A stretch of DNA of 64,000 nucleotides from Octopus vulgaris (taxonomy: Eukaryota), in the NCBI GenBank assembly GCA_951406725.2, contig OX597825.1:34224001-34288000 (forward strand), in the 5' to 3' direction. Made by a program: the position numbers and the translations under genes. The notes beneath the pieces are model-generated. The model worked only from the letters and a program-made list of their open reading frames with translations. It made no database searches and was not told where the DNA came from. How positions within the stretch are numbered: the stretch's first letter is position 1; every line of letters begins with the position of its first letter. Below, piece by piece: positions 38,677 to 49,609 of this stretch.

Positions 38677-41300
38677 GTGTGTGGTAAGAAGCTTGCTTCC
38701 CAACCACATGGTTCTGGGTTGAGTGCCACTGCATGGAAACTTGGACATGTGTCAAGCCGACCAAAGTTTTGTGAGTGGATTTCATTGACAGAAACTGAAA
38801 GAAGCTCATCGTATATATATATATATATGTTAGTTAGTTAGTTAGTTAATTTTTTGGCTCAAAAAGCAAAAAGCAAGGCCAATTAGGGGGACATGGAGTT
38901 ATGTACAGGGTGGTGTTCATGTAAAGAGTTCAGGCCACTTGTGGACAAGGGAGACTTTGAACCGAGTGGTCGTCGGCATCTTCACCATCTCGTCTGGCAG
39001 CTTATTCCACGGATCCGCAAACCGGACGGAGAAATCGTCGCCGATGGAGCTCTTCGGAATGACCCCACAGCGACGCTCTGGAGCAGGAGTGAAGAACAGC
39101 TCTTTCGAGAGGTTACACTTTCTACTTATGATGTTGTGAGCAAGAATGAGATCACCACGGCGTCGTCGTTTTTCTAGAGAATAAAGGTCGAGCGTCTTCA
39201 GCCTTTCTTCATAAGACAAATTCTCAAGACCAAGAACCATGCGGGTAGCCAGCTTCTGGACTCTTTCGAGATGCTGTATGTCTTTGAGGAGATAAGGAGA
39301 AGAGGCTTGAATCCCGTACTCCAATATGGGTCTCACCAGCGTGACATAGAGCGGTAGGAATATGGCTGCTGTGAGCATTCCGAATGACCGTCGAATCAAG
39401 AACAGAACTCCGCGTGCTTTGTTGGCAGCATGGACGCACTGGGCCGAAGGCGAAAAGAAGGAAACCACCAAGATACCTAGGTCCTTTACCTGATCGGTCC
39501 TCTCCAGCAGCAGACTCGAAATCAAGTTGAGTTGCAGGAGGAGAGCCAACAGGCAGATGACAGCACTTTGATACATTCAGACACAGGTCCCATTCGTTAG
39601 ACCATCTCCAAATTTGGTGGAGGCATCGACGAAGATCCTCTATATCACCGCGAGGAGCGACCAATTTGACATCGTCGGCAAATAGAAGGGTGTGTTGCGT
39701 GAGATCGTCGGGCAAGTCATTTATGAAGACTAAGAACAATAAGGGCCCAAGCACTGAACCTTGAGGCACGCCACTGCTCGCACTGGAGACGTCGGACCGC
39801 AAACCATTAACTTGGACTTGGAAGGAGTGATCTTAGAGGAAGGCACCAACCCATCGTACAATATCTGGATGGAAACTATATGCTTGAAGCTTGACAAGTA
39901 ATAGGCGGTGGTTTACCGAGTCAAAAGCTTTGGCAAAGTCCAATAAAACGATGTCAACAGCATCACTATCATCGAGGATGCGCGTCACCAATTCTTCCAT
40001 TATCAGTAAGTTGGTCAAGCATGATCTTTTCGGCACGAAGCCGTGTTGGGAATCAGAGATAGAGGCTGTGTTTTGGAGGTGGAGCATCATACTTTTCTTA
40101 AGGATGGTTTCGAATATCTTGCTGATTATTGATGTAAGGGAAACTGGTCGGTAGTGAAGCGGGTTTTCGCAGCTTCCTTTCTTGAAAATTGGGCAGATTA
40201 TCGCTGTTCTCCAGTCCGTAGGTATAACACCCGTTGCCAATGACATATTGAATAGACGTGTTAAGGGCTCGCAGATGACCGGAGCCAACGCTTTGATAAC
40301 CCGTGGGTGTATGCCGTCAGGGCCGTGACCCTTGTTGACATCGAGGCTTTGAATAACGCATTCGACTTTGTCCCGCGTGATGACCAATCGAAGCATTGGA
40401 GGTACCGATCTATCAAATGGAGGGGGTTCACGACCATCATCTTGTTTGAAAATAGTTGAAAAAGCCTCGGCAAATAATTGACTCTGTTGATAAGGGTCCT
40501 CAATCGATACGCCTGTTGAGTCTACCAACGTTGCAATTTGGTTGTTCAAGCGGGAATTCCGTTGGACATGGGCAAAGAAGGTTTTTGGATTGCTACTGGC
40601 GTTTGCCGCGATTTTGTATTCATATCTGAAGTGTTCTTCCTTTTCAATTTTCACGGCTCGGTCTCGTTGAGTTTTGTACACCTCAAAAGCTGCAGTCGAA
40701 TCCAGATTTTTAGATTCAGCCCAAGCAATATCTCTGAGTCGAAGTTCTCGTTTAACCTTCTTCGTCACCCAGGGCTTGTGTTTCTTCTTCTTGGGAAGCC
40801 CAACGGGAACTGCCTGGTCAGTCAACCAGATTACATATGCTTTGAGGGATGACCATAGTTCGTCAACTGAGGACAATGTCATCAGGGATCGCCAGTCCAG
40901 AAGCACGAAAGCCTCGGTTAGAATTTCAAGATTAATTGCAGAAAAGACTCTATGCGGCAGCGAAGTAGTCGTGGGCGTAGAAAAAGTTTTGTGCATGACG
41001 AACTTCAGGACCGCATGATCACTCTTGGCAAGAGGGGCGCACACAGATACGTCTGACACTGATCATGTATATGCATGTATGTATGTATGTATGTATTTGT
41101 GTCTGTGTTTGTCCCCACTACCATTGCTTGACAACCGATGTTGGTGTGTTGGTGAGTTTACATCCCCATAACTTAATGTTTCAGCAAAAGAAACCCATAG
41201 AGCTTACAAAGAATAAGTCCTGGGGTCAATTTATTCAACTAAAAAGCGGTGCTCCAATAAGGCTGCAGTCAGATTACTGAAACAAATAAAAGAGTAAAAG
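38677..41300 (+). mobile_element. SINE family B copy split by the CR1 insertion
   Basis: The 5' half at 38677-38812 and the 3' half at 41063-41300 together match 46888-47285. Confidence 0.7.
38830..41062 (-). mobile_element. CR1-clade LINE, 5'-truncated, (AACT)n tail
   Basis: SDH, GPDGIHPRV, YRPVSLTS, QHGFVPKRSCLTNL, DFAKAFDSVNH, GVPQGSVLGPLLF, FADD, LERVQKLATR and RRRGDLI. One stop at 39833 plus frameshifts. Confidence 0.92.
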
Positions 41301-41587
41301 AGTATGTGTGTGTATATATATATATATAAATGGCGGTGCCCCAGCATGGCCACAGCTCGTGAGCTGAAACTAGATAAAATAAAAAATATATATAATACAA
41401 ATAAGAAAATGGAGAAACAATTTAGTTTGTTCATCAACTTTTGGATATTAGAATGTTGAATTATTTATTCATTTAACAAAATGAGAAACTTAATAGCATA
41501 CATATATAACTTATAATTCAATACATATAAGATAAAAATGCAAATTATAAAAATCTTAATATAAATTATTGAAATCATTAAAATCAC

Positions 41588-41713
41588 TCCTTACAGCTGT
41601 TTCAGCATATGGTTAAAAGTATTTTTTTATTGCCTATAGTTGTCAATTATATTGAGGTTGTAGGCATTTAAGAATAGGGTACTTATATATATAACCATAG
41701 GCCTCGTCAGAGA
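41588..41713 (-). ncRNA. Type I hammerhead motif with ~100-nt stem II region
   Basis: Minus strand reads tct CTGACGA ggc-ctatggtta...taaccatat-gct GAAA cagctg TA agg. Stem III is the palindrome ACAGCTGT. It lies in an element spanning ~41398-42470. Confidence 0.65.
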
Positions 41714-41988
41714 TTATAATGAACTCCAAAAATATTACTACAGGAAACAGGGTAGACGTATAATTAATATATATAAAAAATATGAACAAATATCCATATA
41801 GACTTATACATATACATATATACATACATAAGCAGATTATATATACTTTTACATGTGTAAAAATACATAAATAAACACAATTAAACTATAAGTCCAAGTA
41901 AATAGACCATTCATCATATACATATATGTACATATATACTGGAACATATAAACACGTCTATGCTCATGACTACATAAACAATAATCAA

Positions 41989-42039
<51 letters not shown>

Positions 42040-42544
42040 TTATCAATAATTACAATATTATTAGATTTATAGTAATCTTCACTTGACAATACATATTATA
42101 ATAGATTCTAATATATATCAAATATTACAATACAAGATAAATAATTTACAATCCATACAAACAAATATATATATGTATATAAATATATAAAAAACATACA
42201 GTTAGACCATGGCTTTTAGTATATAGTTCTTAATACATACAGGTTCATGCGTGTGGGTAACAAATAGAAGCAACATGTACATGTATTTATATACGCACGA
42301 ATATACACCAATATCAATATAAGGATTTTTTTCTTTTCATCAATGTTGAAGTTCAAATTATATTTATATTTGTATTTTTATCCAACGAATTAATATAGTA
42401 TCATAGAATAATTCCACTATCCCTTAGTGGGTTGCACCCTTAACCCCTAACTTACTTTGTGTTATAAAATATATGTGACCGCATGTGTACCGCTGGTGAT
42501 TATTTTCCTCCATCTTCCCTTCTTTGGATCTTTCCTTTTCCTAT

Positions 42545-42579
42545 GTTTCTGACGAAGAGCTCCACTCGAAACGTTAAAC
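42545..42579 (+). ncRNA. Minimal type I hammerhead motif
   Basis: gttt CTGACGA a gag-ctcca-ctc GAAA cg TT aaac. It lies in a ~190-bp element ending in (TA)n. Confidence 0.7.
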
Positions 42580-42658
42580 CCTCCTTCTTTCATGAGCGTC
42601 CAATAATACTATACTTGTTCCACGTCCTTGTGTTGTGTTTTCATGTTTGGATTAACTT

Positions 42659-42691
<33 letters not shown>

Positions 42692-42973
42692 TACGGAGAT
42701 GTACTTGCATAGCAAGTGACTTGATCTGAGATCGTGTGCTGGAACGAAAACAGTTGCAGCGTGGAAGGTGTTTATAAGCCATTTAAGAAACACACAAAAC
42801 TGTTAGATTGACTTCATCATTTAAATTTAATTTGTCAAAATATTTTCGGCGCTTTGAGACCGCGACCTGTTCACTGACAAAACTTCGTGCTGCATATATA
42901 TATATATATATATATTATTAGTGAATGGAAGAAATGGAGTTGAACGAAGATTGTACAGAATTCCTTTATTACA

Positions 42974-43053
42974 TTCTACACATGTTTCAAAGGCCACAAA
43001 TTTCCAAATTCTGATTAAATAAGGGTACCATATTGTGGCTTTCTCTTCAGGAA
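42974..43053 (-). ncRNA. Type I hammerhead motif (mirror copy)
   Basis: Exact reverse complement of 43264-43343. Confidence 0.75.
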
Positions 43054-43263
43054 AAAACAGGAATTCCGTTGACAGAACAAAACAAAACAGAGGCGCAGCA
43101 ATTCGAACGAGGACGCTCTTTAAGAGCCCATGGCTGAACTGTTTATCAATCCCGATTTCAACGTACATTGATAAACAGTTCAGCCATGGGCTCTTAAAGA
43201 GCGTCCTCGTTCGAATTGCTGCGCCTCTGTTTTGTTTTGTTCTGTCAACGGAATTCCTGTTTT

Positions 43264-43343
43264 TTCCTGAAGAGAAAGCCACAATATGGTACCCTTATTT
43301 AATCAGAATTTGGAAATTTGTGGCCTTTGAAACATGTGTAGAA
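43264..43343 (+). ncRNA. Type I hammerhead motif
   Basis: ttc CTGAAGA gaaagccacaa...ttgtggccttt GAAA catgtg TA gaa. Confidence 0.75.
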
Positions 43344-43552
43344 CATAATAAAAGGAATTCTGTACAATCTTCGTTCAACTCCATTTCTTCCATTCACTAA
43401 TAATATTAAACTTCAATTATCCGCACCAACGCACGGTTGCAACACCAAATGGTCTTATCTCCAACCATGTTTTTTTCTGCTGTGATTTTTCCTACCCAGG
43501 TATCGGTTAAACTTTTGAATAATCTGTAACAAGAAAATTCATCTTTCTATTT

Positions 43553-43603
<51 letters not shown>

Positions 43604-43629
43604 TATAAAGTGAGGAAGGCCAGTCTATG

Positions 43630-43688
43630 GGATTACCCTGGGTTTCCCATCCATAAAGAGCTTAGCTTTATGGCATATCGTCAGACCC
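43630..43688 (-). ncRNA. Type I hammerhead motif
   Basis: Minus strand reads gggt CTGACGA tatg-ccataaag..ctttatgg-atgg GAAA cccaggg TA atcc. Adjacent to (TA)n. Confidence 0.65.
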
Positions 43689-44181
43689 CAAAGCCTGTTG
43701 GCCTAAGAGTTCTTTAAAATAGGATTTACAAAGTAATCAAAAATAGTATATGTGAGCATATTTGGCTGGCCAGTGGACTTTTCTACTGCTCTTGGTAACA
43801 TGAGCTGGGGAGAATGTAATAACTGGTGTAGTATTAGAAGACGCTGTGTCAGAGGAGTGTGTATGTTGTGTGGAAGTATGTACAAGTGTTGTGGGTGGGG
43901 AAGTGGGGTACTATTGCTGGGAAGGTGACTCAATAAAAGCCTACTTCACACGATTTATGCTAACAGTCTGATGTTTCCCTTAAACGTCTAAAACCATGAA
44001 CTTGGCTTTTAATTTCAACACTCGGTACAGGCTGGTATAAGACTGCTGTAGTGGTTGCTTGACTATATCATTGTGTATAAAATCATGAGTCCATTACAAA
44101 CAGGAGTAATTCCATCATGTAATTTTGCAATCAGTGGACATAGTCTGCTGGATCAAAATGTTGGTTAGCTACAAGTATATT

Positions 44182-44397
44182 CTTTTCTACTCTAGACACA
44201 AGGTCTGAAATTTTGGGAGAGGAGGGGCCAGTCAATTAGACTGACCTCAGTACATAGCTGGTACTTAATTTATCAACCCTGAAAGGATGGAAAGCAAAGT
44301 CGACCTCAGTGGAATTTGAACTCAGAATATAAAAACAGACAAAGTATCACTAAGTATTTCACCCAGCGTACTAGCATTTCTGCCATCTCACTGCCTG
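44182..44397 (-). mobile_element. SINE family A copy with TSD
   Basis: TSD agctacaagtatatt on both sides. Confidence 0.85.
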
Positions 44398-44711
44398 AGC
44401 TACAAGTATATTAAATCTACTTTAGTTAATTATTTTCTTTTCCATGTTTGTCAATTTTTGAGATTATTTCTTGCTTTATTTTTATGAATAGTTATTTTTT
44501 AGTGGCTATGGAGTTGGGAGGGGTATAAGTATAATGTTGTTTTTTGTATATGCCTAGAATTGGAGTATATTCAGTAATAGGGGCTGGTTGGTTTTCTAAT
44601 TCTGAATATACATTAGGATCTGTTTGTGCAATTGCTCAGAGTATTTTATGAGGTTAGTACATCATTAATTTTAATAAGCTGGTTGTTATTAGTGGGTAGA
44701 ATTAATTTCTT

Positions 44712-45072
44712 TTATTCTTTTCTTCTTTTACTTGTTTCAGTCATTTGACTGTGACACCAACTTAAAGGGTTGTAAAGGCTGAAGAAATTGCACCCAAGAC
44801 TTATTCTTTATAAGCCTAGTACTTATTCTGTCAGTCTTTTCTGCCAAACCACTAAGTGTTGAGGGCAGCAGACAAACACAGACACATGCACAAATATATA
44901 CATATACATATATATATAATATATATATGATAGGCCTCTTTCAGTTTCTGTCAACTATGGTTGGCCTGAGGCTATAGTAGAAGACACTTGCCCAAGGTGT
45001 CACACAGTGGGACTGAACCCAGAACCATGTGGTTGGGAAGCAAGCTTCTTACAATATAGCTACACATATGCC
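44712..45072 (-). mobile_element. SINE family B copy inside NUMT
   Basis: Reverse complement of the family B consensus. Confidence 0.8.
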
Positions 45073-45290
45073 TATTTAGTTAGGTTATTAAAATATCAAT
45101 AAGTGTGTTGGGTTTTTTTTTTTGTAATTTTTCTATATTTATAATATGAGTCATTTCTAGTATTGCAGAGACCATCAGGCCCCATTTGATTTTGCTGAAG
45201 GGGAATCAGAATTGGTTTTTGGTTTAAATGATGAGTATGGGGCAGTTAGTCTTGCAATGTTATTTATGGCTGAATATGGGAACATTTTAA

Positions 45291-45503
45291 TGCAGTGAGC
45301 TGGTAGAAAAGTTAAGCACGCTGGGTGAAATGTTTAGCAGTATTTCATCTATCTTTACATTCTGAGTTCAAATTCCACCAAGTCCGACTTTGCCTTTCAT
45401 CCTCTCAGGGTTGATAAATTAAGTACCAGTTGCGTTCTGTGATCTATCTAATCGACTAGTCCCCTCACTCAAAATTTCGGGCCTTGTGCCTAGAGTAGAA
45501 AAG
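45291..45503 (+). mobile_element. SINE family A copy inside NUMT with TSD
   Basis: TSD gaatatgggaa(c/t)attt duplicates ND1 codons EYGNI. Confidence 0.85.
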
Positions 45504-46554
45504 AATATGGGAATATTTGGTTTATGAGATTTTTGTGTGCTGTTTTGTTCTTTGGGTAAGAGTTTTTCATTATTTCTAAAGAATTATCTGTTTCATTGGT
45601 GGTTGGATTGTTAAGGGTTTTATTTAATTGTGTTCATGCAAATTATCCTCAGTATCGTTATGATTTATTAATGTATCTAATTTGGAAGAGTTATATGCTG
45701 TATGTATATTTTTTATAATATATTATTATTAATATCAGGAAATCAATATTAGAAAATTCTTCAGAAAGATATATACGTGTGTAAAATAATTGTTGTACTA
45801 AAAATATAAATATATATAGATATATGAAAATATGTATAAGTATAACTATATAATATATATTAGTTTCAAAGTTTTGAATTAAGTTTTTAAAGAATCTTAC
45901 GATCATTTTGCGGAAGTGCTGTCTCTAAAAGGGAATCCTATATTGATAAGCATTTATAGACAACTCTTCTGTTCTTCAGCGATATAAAATTTGAATTTTG
46001 TATAATATGATAATATAAGTAATATGATAAAATGGTGTTTGGATGAAATATAAATTAAAAATTAAAAATTACTGTTTTTGATTTTGGTAAGTACACTTTA
46101 GTATGAGAGTCTTTAAATCCATATATGCTTCCTTGGAAAGTCTTCTGTAATAATCCATAATAGTTATGTGTAAAATCCATTATATTGTCCTGTATTCCAA
46201 ATATAGTTCATAGACTTAGATAATATAGAATAATGGAATCCTATATTGATAAGCATTTATCGATAACTCTTCTGCTCTTCAGAAATATCAAATGTGAAAT
46301 TTGTATAATTTAACGAATCGTACTTTATGCTGTATGTATAAATAATTTTAGTTCTTGTAAGGGGTTTTAGTAAATTGATATATTTTTCATAGATGAAGAA
46401 ATAGTTTAATTAAAATAATAAAATTGAAAGTTATAGATTAAAAGTAACTTTATTTTTTGATATGGCATTAATAATGTATTTTCATTTGGGGTTTTCAATT
46501 ACTAGGATATTAATTAAATTCAGCCTTTGCGATTAGGTTTTATGATCATTTTGA

Positions 46555-46805
46555 TAGTATTGAATTTGGGGAGGATTTTTTTGTCGATGATGCTACTTTA
46601 AGTCGATTTTTTTTCATTCTTTGTTGCCCTTATTATTGTGGATTTGGTTATTTTATATTTTTTTGCTTATACATGAGGGGAGTTCAGGTATTCCTTTAGG
46701 TTTAAACAGTGATTTACATAAGATTCCTTTTCATCATTATCATAGATATAAAGATGTTTTAGGTTTTCTTTTCACATTATTTGCATTAGTTGAATTAAGT
46801 TTATA
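46555..46805 (+). pseudogene. cob: NUMT of mitochondrial cytochrome b
   Basis: [16 protein letters not shown]...[29 protein letters not shown]. Confidence 0.88.
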
Positions 46806-46887
46806 AAATAGGATCCATTTTTTAATTGTTATGCCAAAAGTTGCTTGTTATGTTTATTTTCACACCAAATAATAAAAATAATGACTT

Positions 46888-47285
46888 GGTGCAGGGGTGG
46901 TAATTAGCTTGCTTACCAACCACATGATTCCAGGTTCATTCTCACTGCATGGCACCTTGGGCAAGTGTCTTTCACTATAGCCTTGGGCCGACCAAAGCCT
47001 TGTGAGTGGATTTGGTAGACGGAAACTGAAAGGAGCCCGTCATATATATGTATATATATATGTATGTATATATATATATATACATGTATGTGTATATGTT
47101 TGTGTGTCTGTGTCTGTCTCCTCCGCCCCCAACATTGCTTGACAAAGTTTGGCAAAAGAGCCCTGATAGAATAAATACTAGGCTTACAAAGAATAAGTCC
47201 TGGTGTTGATTTGCTTGACTAAAGGTGGTGCTCCAGTAAGGCCACAGTCAAATGACTGAAACAAGTAAAAGAGTAAAGAGTAAAA
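46888..47285 (+). mobile_element. SINE family B (tRNA head, microsatellite core, gagtaaa tail)
   Basis: Head ...agcttgcttaccaaccacatgattccaggttca, then ggcaccttgggcaagtgtc, and 3' end gtcaaatgactgaaacaagtaaaagag. Many copies in the window. Confidence 0.85.
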
Positions 47286-48081
47286 GGAGAGATAATTAAT
47301 ATAATCTTAGCCTGAAATTGGAGGGGAAGGGGTAGACAATTACATCAACCCCAGTGCGCAACTGCTACATAATTTATCGCCCCCAAAAGGATGAAAGGCA
47401 GAATTTGAACTCAGAACGTAGTGGCAGGTGAAATACCACTATGCATTTTGACCAGTGTACTAATGATTCTGCCAGTTCATCACCTTAGTTAATAATTAAA
47501 ATAATAAATACAACTGTTCAGCATCAAATATTGAACTGTGAATTATATTAAGGAAAATTAATCGAAGATATTAAAATTTAATAATTTAATGGAATTGAGC
47601 CTTAAAAATATTATTTCCAAACTTATTGTATGAAAAAATATCTCTTATTCTTATTTTTCCTTAATATAACGTATTACGAAAAGAAAGACAAATAAAAGAA
47701 TAAAATCAGGATAAAAAAAAAAGGAAGAGAGAAAGAAAGAAAAAGAGAAGGAAGAGAGACAAAAGAAACATTAATGCAATACAAAGTGCTACATTTGGTC
47801 TCACACCACAAATTTTAAAGGAAACTACAGTTTGCCAAACCAATGTTTTATATAAACTATTATAACAGTTATGATTATAAATACTTGTTTATTTATAGGA
47901 GTGTATATAAATTGTGTGGCAGGGGCTGGTATTTGTTTAATTATTTCAGTGAAAACATATTTCAAATATTCTATTAGGTTTTTGAAGTGTTGACACTGAG
48001 GGTTGTTTTATGTATCTGTTTTCTGTAGATATAATTAGATTGAATTTTTAGAAGAAAACACTTTCAATTAATTTATATTAA

Positions 48082-48523
48082 TCACTTATGGCAAGATTCC
48101 ATATCAATATACATGCCATTTTTACCAGAGCATAAATCATTTTCAGCTGAATTTACATAATATCCTTCATTCTCAGTGAAACGTAAATCACTGTGAACAG
48201 TATCTGAGCCATTTTCATATTTATCATTTACATTTGAATATATATCCTTTTTAGCCATATACATATATTCTTCAACATTATCATCAACCATACATAAACC
48301 TTTTGCAATTGAATATACATCAGTGGAATGCAATTCCCTTTCCATCGTGCAAGGATTATTTCTAATTGAATGTGCATTACTTGGGGGCAATATCTTTGCT
48401 ACTTGCTGTTTCAAAGTATTGTTTGGTTGTGATTCTATCTCCTCTGGTAAAAAGGTCCTTGTGGTCATCTTCTCGGTCATTTCTTCAGATATCACATTTG
48501 ATTTGGATTTCTTGTACCTGTGT
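48082..48523 (-). CDS. Terminal exon of gene A: cytoplasmic tail with multiple Tyr motifs
   Basis: Acceptor ttttctag, phase 2, non-repetitive and open to TGA. RHRYKKSK stop-transfer; YSIA, YMYM, YSNV, YEN, YVN and YIDM. Confidence 0.8.
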
Positions 48524-49059
48524 CTAGAAAATGTTAGCATATTTAATCAGACAACATTAAGTAGATTTTAGAATTAAATTTTGTTAATAATCACAAAAAA
48601 AAATAATAATACTTCTTACTAATTTTTTTTTATAATGATAATGATGGTTTCAAAATTAGGAACAAGGCCAGTAATTTGGGGCTGGTTGTGAGTCAATTGG
48701 TACATATTATATTAACCCCAGAAGAATGAAGCACTAATTTAACTTCAGTGGTATTTGAACTTAGCATGTAAAGATCCAGAAGAAATGCTGCTAAATATTG
48801 TATTTAACATGACAACAACTGTCAGTTTGATTAATCCTAATAATAATAGTAATAATCTTTTTTATAGGCTCATGGTCTGAAATTTGGGAGGAGAGGGTTA
48901 GTCAGTTGCAGTGACTCCAGTACTCAGTTGGTTGAAAGGATGAAGGGTGAAGTTAGCCTTGATGGTATTTGAACGCAGAACATAAAACCAGAAGAAATAC
49001 TGCTTAGTATTTCGTCTGACATGGTAACACTTCTGCTAACTTAACACCTTATCACAGCC

Positions 49060-49590
49060 TATGAAAAAAAAGATGTGGTATGAGAAAACCCCAGAAGAAA
49101 TCACCAAGATGAAAAGTGCAAAATCTTGTGGGATGCAATGATTCAGTGCAATCACCTGACCAGACATTGGAAACTGAACATTGTTGTGGTGGAAAAAAAA
49201 AGGAAGACCATGCATGATAATCAACATAGCATGACCCGGTGACAACAGGATCAAAGAGAAAGAAGAGAAACTGAATGACTACGACAATTTGAAGTGGGAA
49301 ATACTAAGGTTGTGGTCAATGAGGAGAGTAGATGTGGTACCAATTGTAAATGATGCACTTGGAAGTATCAGCACTCAACTACCAACTCAGCTCAAAAGGA
49401 TTGATACAAATGTAAAAGTAGAAGAACCTAAAAAAATCATCATTGCTTGAAACTGCAAGAATTCTTTGCAATGTCCTTGAAGCATGACCAGCAAACAAGT
49501 GTCACCTTAGTCTGCTGGCTGTGGACAGCTGACACTTTCCATCATACCCAGCAAAATCATCACTGAGTTTTCATCAAACAATAATGATAA
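49060..49590 (+). pseudogene. R4/Dong LINE 3' end (REL endonuclease)
   Basis: ILWD..PDI..IINIA.PGDNRIKEKE..YDNLKWEILRLWSM..VVPIVNDALG, with an (AAT)n tail. Confidence 0.7.
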
Positions 49591-49609
49591 TAATAATGAT
49601 ATTAATGAT

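Larger units (their letters stand above)
42912..43560. mobile_element. Near-perfect fold-back element between (TA)n tracts
   Basis: Arms 42912-43150 and 43167-43406 differ at about 3 positions. 16-nt spacer, and a unique tail to 43560. Confidence 0.9.
44410..45695 (+). pseudogene. nad1: NUMT of mitochondrial ND1, interrupted by two SINEs
   Basis: In the invertebrate mitochondrial code: GVYSVMGAGWFSNS.Y..LGSV.AIAQS; SIAET...[17 protein letters not shown]...[10 protein letters not shown]; ANYPQYRYDLLMYLIWKSY. Frameshifts present. Confidence 0.9.

Noticed and set aside
42693-42893. Hammerhead in this TA-flanked element
   Set aside because: No CUGANGA/GAAA pair with compatible stems was found on either strand.
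42827-43400. Two near-identical ORFs on opposite strands (MAFSSGKNRN...)
   Set aside because: They are a by-product of the palindrome and show no protein features.
46385-46460. Mitochondrial tRNA remnant inside the NUMT (also ~47500-47630)
   Set aside because: The cloverleaf cannot be convincingly drawn; it needs alignment to a mitogenome.
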